This document shows, in pieces, positions 28,636 to 40,732 of a stretch of DNA of 64,000 bases. Numbering within the stretch: position 1 is the first letter of the stretch; every line of letters starts with the position of its first letter. The notes below the pieces were generated by a model. The model saw nothing but the letters and a program-made list of their open reading frames with translations. It searched no databases and was not told the origin of the DNA. The stretch is from assembly GCA_965112735.1 (NCBI GenBank), contig OZ218962.1, positions 2,108,001 to 2,172,000 on the forward strand, read 5' to 3'. Made by a program: the position numbers and the translations under genes. This DNA comes from Phaeosaccion multiseriatum. Lineage: Eukaryota > Protista > Ochrophyta, other classes.

Positions 28636-31592
28636 TCACCAAGTCGACATGTGTGTGTGCGACACCAACAGAGTGGACGCAAGGGACACGCACAGGGCCA
28701 GGGTCAGGGCAGAGAGGCCGTTGCTGCTGACACTCGATCCGGCTGAGTTCTGCCCGACCGTGTTACCTGACGCCACGGGGGCCTCGGTCGGGGCGGTTGT
28801 AAGGCCACGGTCTCCGCCCGCGGCCGCTGAGGAAGGTGCCGGGGTCGTGAGGCCAACCGGTACGGTCGTGGCATCTGCGGCTCCTTGTTCGTCTTGGGCC
28901 ATGGGGGCTGGGGTCAGGTCAATATCGCGGTCTCCCCCCGTGATCGGTGCAGGTGCCGGAGTGGTGAAGGTGCTTGCAGGTGCAGGCGTTGGTGATGTGC
29001 CACCGCTTGGAGTGTCTGCTTGTTCGTCTTCATCTTGTTGTTGTTCGACGGGGGCAGGGGTCAGGTCAGTATCGCGATCTCCCCCCGTGATCGGTGCAGG
29101 TGCCGGCGTCGTGAGGCCAACCGGTGCGGGAGTGGCATCTGCGGATCCTTGTTCGTCTTGTTCGACGGGGGCAGGGGTCAGGTCAGTATCACGATCTCCC
29201 CCCGTGATCGGTGCAGGTGCCGGCGTCGTGAGGCCAACCGGTGCGAGAGTGGCATCTGCGGATCCTTGTTCGCCTTGTTGTTGGTCGACGGGGGCAGGGG
29301 TCAGGTCAGTATCGCGCTCTCCCCCCGTGATCGGTGCAGGTGCCGGCGTCGTGAGGCCAACCGGTGCGGGAGTGGCATCTGCGGATCCTTGTTCGCCTTG
29401 TTGTTGGTCGACGGGGGCAGGGGTCAGGTCAGTATCGCGATCTCCCCCCGTGATCGGTGCAGGTGCCGGCGTCGTGAGGCCAACCGGTGCGGGAGTGGCA
29501 TCTGCGGGGGCAGGGGTCAGGTCATTATCGCGCTCTCCCCCCGTGATCGGTGCAGCAGGTGCGGGAGTAGAGGGTGAGCTCGTGGTGGTGGAAGTTACAG
29601 GGGCAGGCGTTGTTGGCGCGCCGCCACCGCTGCTGCATGAGGCGTCAACGGGGTCTGTTTCCCCCGTGATAAGGCTGGCGCAGGTGGAGCGGCAGTCGGT
29701 GGACAGCACATATCCGAGTTGTTCAAACACCCTCTGCGTGAGGGCACCTACGCAACGCGCTACCTCCGATTCTTCGGCACCCGAGGTCATGAGGCTGTCC
29801 ACACTCCCTGGGGCGAAGTACGCTTCGTCGAAGTGACTCATTGAGGATCCCTCGTTGTAGGCACTGGGCGTGTATATGGGCACACATGTGCCCGCTGCGG
29901 GGGAGGGAGGGAGGGAGGGAAGGAGGGAGGGAGAGAGGAAGGGATGGAGGGAGGGAGGGAGGAAGGAAGGGAGGGAGGGAGGGAGGGAGAGGGAGGGAGA
30001 GGGAGGGAGGGAGGGAGAGAAAGGGAGAAAGGGAGGGAGGGAGGGAGGGAGGGAGGGAGGGAGGGAGAGAGGGAGGGAGGGAGGGAGAGAGGGAGGGAGG
30101 GAGGGAGGGAGGGAGGGAGGGAGGGAGGGAGGGAGGGAGGGAGGGAGGGAGGGAGGGAGGGAGGGAGGGAGGGAGGGAGGGAGGGAGGGGGTTTGAGGAA
30201 GAGAAGACCGTGAGCGACGCTGAAGTCCCGCCCGCTACCGAGTGACTCCCTTGTAGTGAAGAATAAGAAGGCCCAAAAGTGGACTCTAAACTCACTCGGT
30301 TCGTCCAAAATGCAGAGGGTGCCGGCTGTGAAGATGAAGTTGGAGGTTACAGTGTTCTGGGCTTCGTTGTAGCTGGTCGGGTAGCTGAAGGGACTGAGTG
30401 GGGGACCGCCTAAGCCTGCGGTCATGGCCAATGAAAACTTGGATCCGAGGTAGTTATCCACGCTGTCTCCCTTGGGAGAGGGGGACAAAGAGAGGGAGAG
30501 AGAGAGAACAAGGGGGGGGTGGGCAGAGAGGAGAGAGTTAAATGTCTGTCAGGAGATTTGCTATCCCCATGGCTGAGGCATTAACACCACGACAAACTTG
30601 ATGATCATCCACGTTTCTCCTTGCTCTCTCTCTCTCTCTCTCAGTACCTCCCTCCCTCCCTCCCTCTCTGTCCTTCTCTCAGTTCCTCCCTCCCTCCCTC
30701 CCTCCCTCCCTCCCTCCCGCCCTCGGCTCCCCGCCTCTTTGCCTGGCTGTTGCCTGGCTGGACTCACATTTGGAAAAACGAACTGCGGCCAGAGGGGCAC
30801 CACTTCACCCGGGGCAACTTCTACCACGACTAAGGGATCAAAGAAGCCCAGCACGTGCCCGATCTCGTGCGCCATTGTGGTCACGTAATCGAACTCCAAC
30901 TCTCCGATATCCGCGCCGTCTCCATAGTGCCAGTTCACCGCTCGGTTGAACTCGATGTCGCCGTCGAACTCCACTCCAAGCTCCTCCTCGCTGAGGATGC
31001 CCGCATACCGAATCTGCGCCGGGGTCTCGTCGAGGAAGAGTTCATCCCCGTCACGGTCCACGAACTCGATTAGTATTAGCTGGACCGCAGCTCGAGCCAA
31101 TGTTGTCCCGAAGCTGCCAGGAGGCTCGCTGAAATCCGCCACAGGATCGATGCGGAGGCGGATAGCACCTCCACTGCCTGGTTCGAACACGTCCGCCCAC
31201 ATGCACAGCGCTTCTTCCGTGGCAGCCTCTGCCTGCCTCACTTCCGTCGCAGGGGCCGGGCTGGGCGAGAAGGTCACGTCGAAAATCGCGCTGTAGTCGC
31301 AGCCCGGTGCCAGCCTCCTTCTCGTGCCGCTACCTCCTAGTCCGTCCGGCACCACCTCGACCCTCTCCACCCTCGTTTGAGAGGGCTCCTCAGAAGGATT
31401 CCATATCACTGGCAAGTCGATCGTCCTTCTTGCTCCGGGCACCAACGTCGCAGTGCAGTCTCCCGCTCGCACGTCAGCCTCCAGCGAGCCCAACGGATGC
31501 CGTCTTCCTGGCGAGGCGGCTGTTGCTGGTGCTGCTGCTCGAAAAGGAAGCAGCAGCACACCGCACAACAGTGAGTGGAGAACGGATGGCAT
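28636..31592 (-). CDS. Leishmanolysin-like GPI-type zinc metalloprotease, copy 2 (3 exons)
   Basis: Same exon structure and motifs as copy 1 ([25 protein letters not shown] repeats). Confidence 0.8.
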
Positions 31593-31888
31593 ATCCCTCT
31601 CGTTCCTCGCTCCTTATTTCTTGGCTCGTGCTTGTTGCAACAACCTTGCTTGCTGTAAAGTAGAGACGGCGTTCATACAGTAGTCATATGCAGTGGCGTT
31701 TACAGTAGTCATACGTGTATAGAGAGAGGGAGACAGAGAGAGAGAGAGGAAAAAGATATTGTGATAGGAACAAAGATTCTGAAACTGAAACTGCTCCCCT
31801 TCTTCCAAAGGGTCAAACTCTATATTTTTTTTTATTTTCCATTCCATTTTCATCACTAAAGAGACTCGGACCAAACCAGTGCCCATGG

Positions 31889-31980
31889 TCGACCCTGACC
31901 ACTATCGCGCACATTCTCGATAGCGCGGTATTCGATAGCGGATAGCGGATCGGCTGGCGCCGGCGATAGCGGATTGCGGT
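31889..31980. mobile_element. Hairpin/MITE-like element, inverted homolog of 26093-26197
   Basis: tcgaccctgaccactatcgcgcacattctcgatagcgcg is close to the reverse complement of 26157-26197. Confidence 0.6.
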
Positions 31981-32453
31981 GCCCACTGTATAACCACCCT
32001 ATGTGTGGAGTCGCCAACACACACACACATGATAACCAACAGATAGGGGATCGTACGTGCTTCAATGTTGATAACATCCATGCGACTGATCATGCATAGA
32101 GTACAAACGGAGCGTCCCCCAAATGTCGACGATAATCCGGATTCCAACATGAAGCAGAGATTCTACTCGGCAGGCCTCACCGATAGTGTAACAGACGAGC
32201 GTCGCAGGTCCACCGGCAACCCTTCATCGATCCTCTCTGAACACCACAGGAGACGATTGGCGTCACGCTTTGCTGCCTGCTGCCATGCCTTTTCTATGTA
32301 CTACCCTCAGGAACAAGCCTCTTCCTGAGAGGGGGATACGAATGGATGGCAATCAATGGCATCGAACAGGAAGTGCTCTGCTTTCCCTTTTCACTCTTGA
32401 CTTTTGTTGGCTGCTGCTGCGCTGCTGCCTCACTCGGAATCTGTCAGAGTCCA

Positions 32454-33819
32454 TCAGAGACCGAGCCAGAGCTTCCGGTCGTAAAATGACATTACCATCT
32501 TGGCCGAGCCCTGTACATGACACACACATACAGAGGGAAAGAGAGGAATGGGGGGGTGGGGAGAGGGAGAGGGAGATACAAGAGAGAGGGGAGGAGAAGT
32601 ATACGCACGCGGAAGAGAGAAGAGAAGAGGACGGAGGGAGACGGAGAGAAAGGGGGAGAAAGAAGGGAGGGAGAGCAGGGAGATTATATTTTGTTGAGCG
32701 GGAAAGAACGGCAAAGAGAGGAAAAGTAGAGCGAAACATCATCAACACAATGGCGAAAACAGTATATACAGAGAAGGGAGAAGAAGGAAGAGAGAGAGAG
32801 CGATAGAGGGGGGGAGAGAGGCAGAGAGAGAAAAGAGGGAAAGAGAGGAGGGGTTTCCATTTTCGAGTCTGATAGAGGAGAAGGTCTCAATACAGACGCC
32901 AGCACCCACCCACCCACCCACCTCACCCCACTCCACACCCCACCCACCCATCCCCATGTCCCCATGACAAGACACGCAGTAAGGCAACATTCAAAGCCGC
33001 CCACACGCCTGCACATATTCTTACCTGCTTGATTATGTCAGTGCCCAGTATCATGGTAGGGCCGGTCATTCCCAGCCCCGCAAAGCCGGGAAGGTCTCCG
33101 ATGCTGATCATTTGGCGTTTCAGAACTCCGGCATCTTCGACTCCGCTCTGACGCCTGTCGTGGTCGTTCCCGAGCAGCAGCGTGAGCTCAGCCTCCATCA
33201 CCTGAGGGGTGGGTGGGAGGGAGGGTGGGAGGGAGGGAAGGGAGGGAGGGAGAGAGGGAGGGAGGGGAAGGGAGGGAGAGAGTAAAGGGGCGAAACGTAT
33301 GTATGCACATACGACATACACCAGACGTATAGACGCACGACCACAGAGAGAGAGAGACAGAGAGAGTCGTGAGTGAGCAAAGCTGTGCAGGAGGAAGGGA
33401 CTGAAGAGTCCCATTACCCGTTGCGAGCATTTCCTCCCTCCCTCCCTCCTTCCTTCCTTCCCCCTCACCTCCACCGGTTGGTATTCCTGCCCCGGCGCCG
33501 AAGCCCCTGCCACCACCTGGCCGGTGTTGCGTAGTCTCCGGTCCGTCCGACTCAGACCGGCCGTGGCTGCTCCGGCCCAATTGACAATGGTGAAGGCACT
33601 GCCAGTGTCCACGATGGTGTTGATAGTGGCAGTGGATGGGGAGGAGGAGGAGGAGGACGAGGGGTCGGAGCTGTAGTTCTCGGGGAAGACGAGGCTGGCG
33701 TCGATGCCCAGGAAGTTGACGGGAGGAAGGAGCTTCGCTGTCATCCCATACATGTTCTTTCCAGGGGAGGAACCTGTGGAGGAGGAGGAGGAGGAGTAGT
33801 AGTAGTAGTTGTTGTTGTT

Positions 33820-33858
<39 letters not shown>

Positions 33859-35261
33859 AGAGCAGTAGTAGTAGTAGTAGTAGCAGTAGTAGGAGGGGGA
33901 GGAGGAGGAGGAGGGTGCAGGAGGAGGGACAAACACGCTAAGAAAGTGCTCATGAAAGGAAAAGACACAGAGAGTCGCGCAAGCGGTAAGCCCGACTCTC
34001 CACTGCAGGGTTTTCACCGCTGCCGGTGTATCACCAACTGCAGGAGGTAGTTGCACCCCCCCCTGCCCCCCTGCCCCCCTGCTTCACCTGTGAGAGAAGG
34101 CGGTTTGATGCCGAATCGCCCTCCGGCCTTAGCTGACCCCGCGGGGGCGAGGGTGAGGGTGTTGGCCACAAAGTCCATGCAGATATCGTATCGACTCAGG
34201 AAGTCGAGCCCAAGGATGCCCGACACCTGAACGAAGGGTTTCGGTTTCAGTTCAGCTTCAGGGGATGAGACCTCTACTCAACGTACAAGGGACCGAGATT
34301 CGATAGATCGAATATCGAATACTTTTGTGGCCCCTAAAGTTGAGCACCTCGAATCGCGCACCTGAAGATCGCCCTGATCGTCTGCGATGGGCAGCTCCAT
34401 CACCACGGCTCCGAGGGTACCGCACGACTGACCTGCGATCTGGATACGCCCAAGCTGAGATGGGGGGTGGGTAGGTGTAGTAGGTGGGTTGGGCAGGGTA
34501 AGAGGGTTGGTGGGTGGGTGGGTGGGTGGGTGGGTGGGTGGATGGGTAAGAGGGTGGGTGAGAGGGTGGGTACGTGGGTAAGGAAGTGGGTAAGGAAATA
34601 GGTGGAGTGAGTGGGTAGGTCGGTGGACACACGGGTACGCAAGTAGGTGGGGAGATGGGTAGGTGGGTAGGTAGCTGAGCAGCCACGATGAAATGAGCCC
34701 CGCGTCACTCACGTTGTAGTGCTTCAAGCCGCCCATGTTGGTTGTTCCTCCCGTGGCACTCGCACTCATGCCCGAGGTTTTGGCCTGATCGTGCAGCAAT
34801 AAGCGCCCAACAAGTGAGCAGATGAAGGCAGCAGACGGCAGCAGACGGCAGCAGATGGAAGCGAGGTGCCAGAAGGTGGATGGGGGTTAGGGTGTGAGGC
34901 AGTCATGTAAGCATAATCCAAATTCCAGCAGAGGCGAAAGGCCTTACCGTGTTCAACCACACACCCACTAACCCTCACGCACGCACCTGCAGTCTCTGAG
35001 CCGCCGTCGGAGTCATGAGTGTGTGCGTGGCGGCCGTGTCGAGCACGAACAGGGTCCTGGCACCTCCCGTAAGGTCCGGGAGGTCTACATACATGGCAAA
35101 GTAGTCTTTGCGGTCGATATTGACCTCGTGTCCGAGGGTCCCTTCGCTGGGGGTGAGTTTGACCATTGGACACACGAGGCCTTCCTGGGTAAAGTGGGCC
35201 TCCCCTACCCCTCCTTGTGTGGCTTCTTTCTCTCTTCCTGGCGACGCTACACTCGTTCGCG

Positions 35262-35297
<36 letters not shown>

Positions 35298-35886
35298 ACA
35301 CGGGGTCGTTCTTCTGCTGCGCCTGCTTAATCTCACGCACAATGGCCACAGCCAGCCGCTGCGCAAGTTCTTCCTTCTCAAAACAGTCATCATGGTCCAC
35401 CTTCAGACGGCGCAGTTCGCCCTTGATGGCCTTGGCGTTCCAGACGGAGACTGCCGCCAGCTGGGTCTCGATGGCTCGCTTCTCCTCCTCCGCCTCTTCT
35501 GCCTCCTGCAACGCCACACTGCTGCTGCTGCTGTAGTCCGGTACGCTCGTCGACCACAGTCTGCTCCTGCTGCTATCAGTGCTGCAGATGGTAGCCACGT
35601 TACCACCACGACGCGGAGCTTCTCTCGCGCCTGCTGCAGCTCCATTGTACCGCTGCCTCTTCAGTGAGCCCGCTCCATGATGCTTCTGGCTGTAACGAGC
35701 CCCAGACCAAGCCGGGGCCGGTGGTACAACGAAGGCGGCAACCGAGCTACCTAATGATGGGGAGTAGAGGCCGCATCCAGACGCCAGCAGCAGCAGCACA
35801 CTCGCCTTGACATGACGCACGGCGGAGGAAGAGGAACTCCAGCTCTTTATCCTCCTCCTCCGTCTACTACCAGCCATACCAGTCAT
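32454..35886 (-). CDS. Aspartic protease with two retropepsin-like domains in one chain, an N-terminal targeting peptide and a small SAP/LEM-like helical domain, 7 exons
   Basis: FVLDTAATHTL...GILGLDFL and TIVDTGSAFTIVN...MILGTDII. Also AIKGELRRLKVDHDDCFEKEELA and a signal-like region ending VAAF. Confidence 0.85.
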
Positions 35887-36192
35887 CCTTCTCTCCTTCT
35901 AATGAGCGGGAGGCGGCTGCTGACACATCTCGATGACCAACGTGTGAGGATCACAGATGAGAATTTCTGTGAAAGGGAGGTAGTTTGATTCTTGTGCAGT
36001 TGTAAACTCGTATAAATCCAAGTCTCACAACAAGGTCATTCCTTGCCTCCCTCCCCCTCTGGCCTCTGCCGTCTAGTGCCATCTTTTCCCTTGACCCTCT
36101 TGTTCCATCCCACCCTTTCCCTCCCACCACATACACATACGTAAATTCTTGGTTGATTCCTATAAGTCAATAAAGGTTCCACTCTACTACTA

Positions 36193-36662
36193 CTACAGCT
36201 TCTGCGTATCGTCCAGCACCTCCATTAGGTCCGCCTCAAAGGTGCCCACTGGCCGCTCCTGCAGCACTCCTGCTCGGGTGGTGAAGGGCTCTAGCAGCTC
36301 TCCTCGAATGTGCGCGTCGGGGTGAGGGGTGCCCTTGGCGGCTCCTAACACATTGTCCGTGTCTATCACCAAATCACCCCTACGGAGGGAGGGACAGGAG
36401 GGAGAGGGTAGGGGGGATAAGTTGGCAAAGAGACAAACACAATGCGAGGAAGGGAATGCTGAGAGTTCACTACTGAGTGAGGCGGCATAGGCATGAGCCA
36501 TCGAGGAACACGAAGCGCCATGGTAGCGGAGCGGCACCGTTCATTATGATGGGCTCGGAGCGCCCTTCCTGCTCGTCAGTAGCCTCCCTGCCCCCATGAT
36601 ACGTAAGTGCTGCTCTCCGCGTAAGTCTATTCTACTCCACCGCCGACCAGTTTGGTACATCC

Positions 36663-36699
<37 letters not shown>

Positions 36700-37070
36700 C
36701 AGCAGCAGCATATCCCAGAGACTTGAATTAATGAATTTAAAAAAAAAGCTTTCGAAAAGACCCAACCACTTCTCTCGCTCGCCTCTCCTCTGCTTGCTTC
36801 ACTCCCTCTCCCCTAGCCCCTCCCTCACCTGTAAAGCATGTTGAGTCCAGAGCCCTTCACCTTCCACCTGGCGCTGAACAGGACCTTCCCGTTTCTTGAA
36901 CCTGCCGGCTTGAGGCGCCAGGGGCCCTTGCCTGTCCTCCCGTCGCAGCTCGTGTACTCGACAACGCCTGGGGGAGAGCCACAGGCCGTGAGGAGCGAGG
37001 GGCGACAGCACAAGAGAGTGAAACAACAGCAGCAGCAGATGCGGCAGCAGCAGCAGCAGCAACAACAACG

Positions 37071-37119
<49 letters not shown>

Positions 37120-37932
37120 CCAACGGAAGAAGGAAGAAGAGTAGTGCGAGTTGCACCACAAAGGAGAAGCCTCATGGGGTGCTTTAACTTGCGTCATTAC
37201 CCATTTCGCAGCAATATCGTGCGCGTGAGCAGTAAAACTCTCACTACCAAAATCGATAGAGATAATTTAGTCCCTCTCACCACTACCGTACGAACCTTTA
37301 TTGTCGTCGGTGAATCCTCTGAATACCGCGGAACCCTTGCACAGGGGCTCCTTGTCTCTGAACTCTCGGACCCTCCACACGCCACGTATCGTCTTGAGCG
37401 AGGGGAGAGTGGATTGCATCTGCTCGCCGAATGACTGGGGCGGAGGCAGTTGGGCGGCAGTAGCGGCTCCAAGAGACGTAATACTCCTACTTGCTATAAC
37501 GCCCATGCTGCTGCTGCTGCTGCTATCGACTAAGGGGAGTCCTAATAAGCACAGTCCGAACAGACCACTCGCAACCAAACCCCGTGCCACATGAGCAGCA
37601 GAACGAGGCCGCGCTGTCCGAGCAGTACGGGAGGGCTCCTCTATTGCCAACAGTGCATCAGCGCCTGCTCCCCTCGTCTGCTCTTCTGCTGCTTCCACAG
37701 AATTTCTCAACATATGGATGCCAGCCCTATCTCCAGCCTTGCCACGGACAGAGCTTCCACGCAACTGCCTCTGGAACCCGCCCCTCCCCTCCCTTGTGGG
37801 AGAGGACCCACCCCAACCAGATGCAGAGCCTATCAAGAAGGCAGGTATTCGCTGCTGCCGCTGATGCCGTGAGTATAAAGAGCAATGCGTCGCGCATGGC
37901 AGCAGCAGGAACGCGAGCAGGTGACGACGCAT
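36193..37932 (-). CDS. Hypothetical plastid (possibly thylakoid-lumen) protein, 3 exons (~37932-37287, 36967-36829, 36380-36193)
   Basis: Signal peptide, Arg/Ser-rich transit region, a second hydrophobic stretch, then a beta-rich domain spliced across GT-AG introns. Confidence 0.6.
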
Positions 37933-38414
37933 TTCTCCACCTATGTTCGCCTTGGGCAGGAAGGATGTTTACGCACCCACCACCCCCTCAAGGACACGCC
38001 AGAAACGCGCAAGGCCGATAAGCAGCAGACAGTGGTAGAGGGTGGACGCTGTGTGTGTCGATCCAACGAACGTGGAAAGTTCCACCTCCGCGTAGCCATC
38101 TGTGAGTGTTTTCTGCGAGAGAAATCACAGGAGGGCGGCGCAGGGCGGGGCGCCAGCGCGCAAAATATCTCCCACGACTACCCTGTCAGACGGATGGAGA
38201 GTGTGTTGGGTTGGCTGCTATGGCTGAGGTGCTGGGTTGGCAGCTGTTCCCCAATCAATCGTTGAGTTGGAATTTCCGCTTTGTATTGACAGTTGTTTAT
38301 TTACACGCACGCACGCGCACATATATACCGAGACACACACACGCACAGACACTCACACGCATCCTCTCTCACACCCCCCCACACACACACCTCCCTCTCA
38401 CACTTATTACCCTC

Positions 38415-39923
38415 CTACCCTGGTTGCACTACCCTCCCCCCTCTGACCCTCTGAAGCGTCAGCTCCTGAAGCCCCAGAAGCCGCTGCTCCTCTGCCTTCC
38501 TTTTGTCCAACGCCTTCCCACCAATAACAACTCGGAGCCGCTCCTCCCTCATGGTCTGACCCTGCGCCTTCCACACCGCCCACGCCCAACTGAGCCTCAG
38601 CGGAAACTGCTTCCGACTCCTGCTGGCCGATTGGCCACCAGCACTTCCTTGCCACTCGGCGACGGCTGGAGAGATAGGCACCCAATGCTCCCTCCCTTCG
38701 CCCTCAAAGAAAGCCTCGCCTGTGAAGGAAGGGAATGTCGACGACGACGTACTTGGCGAGGCATGGAGGAGGCAGCGGAGCACCGTCCGCGGCCCTGTTG
38801 AAGATGATGTCGAAAACTGTTCCCGTTGACAAGCCCAGTGGCCGTTTGCAGATTCCAAGTCAACAAAACCTTTGCCCCACGGGCCAGATACACCTCATTC
38901 TCCAAGCCTCGTGTATCCTCCTTGGACCCCTGCCTAGCTCCTGGACTGAGGTGGAGGGGGAGGTGGAGGGCCACCACCACCACCACGTCGACCTCCTCCT
39001 CCTCCTCCTCCTCCTCCTGCTCCTCCTCCTCCTGCTCCTGGTCCTCCTCCTCCTTCTCTTCCTCCCCTGCGTCCACCACCATAGGTACCTCCACCTTCGG
39101 CGAGGATGCGCCGTGACCTCCGAGGAGGAGCACCCCCCCGCAGCCGCAGCGGTTGGTCCCGTTGCGCGGCAGCTATAGCACGCATGGCCACTCCATTGTG
39201 CAAGTGAGCCAACTTCGTCGCAAACGATGACGCGACGGTTAAGTGTTGTACCTGTGCGTGTGCGCCTCGGATCTGACCCTTTGCTCGGGATCGTTTGAGC
39301 ACCGCTATGCGATGAGCACGTGCTGCCTGTGCTCGTGCCGAATCCTCTCCTACATCGTGCTGTGTAGGAGAGGGAGTTGGAGCAGGACCTGGTGGAGGGC
39401 ACGGACGAGGGCACCTACGAGCAAAGGCACGTAGGGCGACGCGTCGTGCACGTGCTTGTCGTGTGAGGCGGTCCCGAGCGTCCTCTGCCTCTCTGCGACA
39501 GATACCGGCGCGGGCGCCAGCGCGGGCAGCAATGGCCCAAAGATGGGCACTTTCAGCTTCGCGTGAGCCGCACTGAGCTTGGGTGAGGCTTTGCTGTAAC
39601 GCAACGCGCCCGTCGTCGTCCCCAGTCCACTGCTGCAGACGGCGCGCACGGAGACGGACACGTCTGTTCCACTGCCGCGTTACCCATTCCGCGCTTTCGA
39701 CATCTGCCCTCGCCTGCGCCAGCAGCTCTTCATCCCCCTTGTCATCCCCGGCTGAGGCTGCCCTCACCTGCACCAGCAGCTCTTCATCCCCCTTGTCATC
39801 CTCGGCTGAGGCTGCCCTCACCTGCACTGCAGCGTGGACGTCTTCTGGTGGTAGGGCCCTTGCTGGCGCTGCGACTGTGCCAACTGCTGGTGCTACTGCA
39901 AGTGGAAGGGAGTGTGAGGACAT
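38415..39923 (-). mobile_element. Degenerate PIF1-family helicase fragment plus upstream ORF, probable Helitron-type relic
   Basis: GLENEVYLARGAKVLLTWNLQTATGLVNG, then a frameshift, then RKQFPLRLSWAWAVWKAQGQT (PIF1 motifs V/VI region). The Walker A/B half is missing and there are no introns. Confidence 0.7.
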
Positions 39924-40485
39924 GCTGTTCCCACACGATCTGCTATCAACCAGTCCCCTTCGTCCCCCACGTCATCCTCCTCGTCCTCGTCTCCGCTGGT
40001 GTTAGTGTCGTTGTCAGCAGGGTCGACAGGCTGGATGAGCCACCCCTCCCTTCTTCCCCTCCTCCCCCCCTGGTCAGTATCCTTGCCGCAGGAAGAGCAT
40101 GATATGAGAAGAGGTGGAAGTCAGAGACGCGGGAGCTGCAGCAACCGAGAAGGAAGGAGGCAGACGCACAGGGCTCGACAGGAGTTCAGCATTGGGGATA
40201 TTTGTGTATTTTTCTATTGCTACATATGATTTGGTGAATTTCGAATTTCCCCCCATGGCCATCAAATTTCTGCCCAAATTCTCAGTCTTCTTTTATCTGT
40301 TACGTACCCTTTTGTGTTGTTTTTTTTTACAGTACTCCTTACTTGTGTGGAGCAAGTTGTGTGGAAGAATCGTTTTTTCCTTCATAGACTGTAGTGCGAA
40401 CTACACTAACGACAAGGATAAGCTACTTACACTCCGGAGGGAGGAACTAGAGGTGGCACTACTCTTACTCCTCGATACTCTCTCC

Positions 40486-40620
40486 TCGACCCCTGACGCG
40501 CTATTGAGGTATCGCCGATAGCTGAGATATAAGCCCTTCGGGCCCAATAGCGATCAATAGCTACTAGCGCGTCGGCTGACGCCGGCAATCGCGATAGCTC
40601 AATAGCGCGTCAAGGGGTTG
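40486..40620. mobile_element. Hairpin/MITE-like element of the TCGACCCCTGA-end family
   Basis: Inverted termini tcgacccctgacgcgctattgag / ctcaatagcgcgtcaaggggttg. Confidence 0.7.
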
Positions 40621-40732
40621 CTACCCGCCCCCCGCCCCCTCCGAATCACCACCCCGTCTACATTGCCGCAGTGAGTGCCGCTCTAGCCCACGCACACACA
40701 CACACACACACACACGCGCCCCCTCCTTCATT

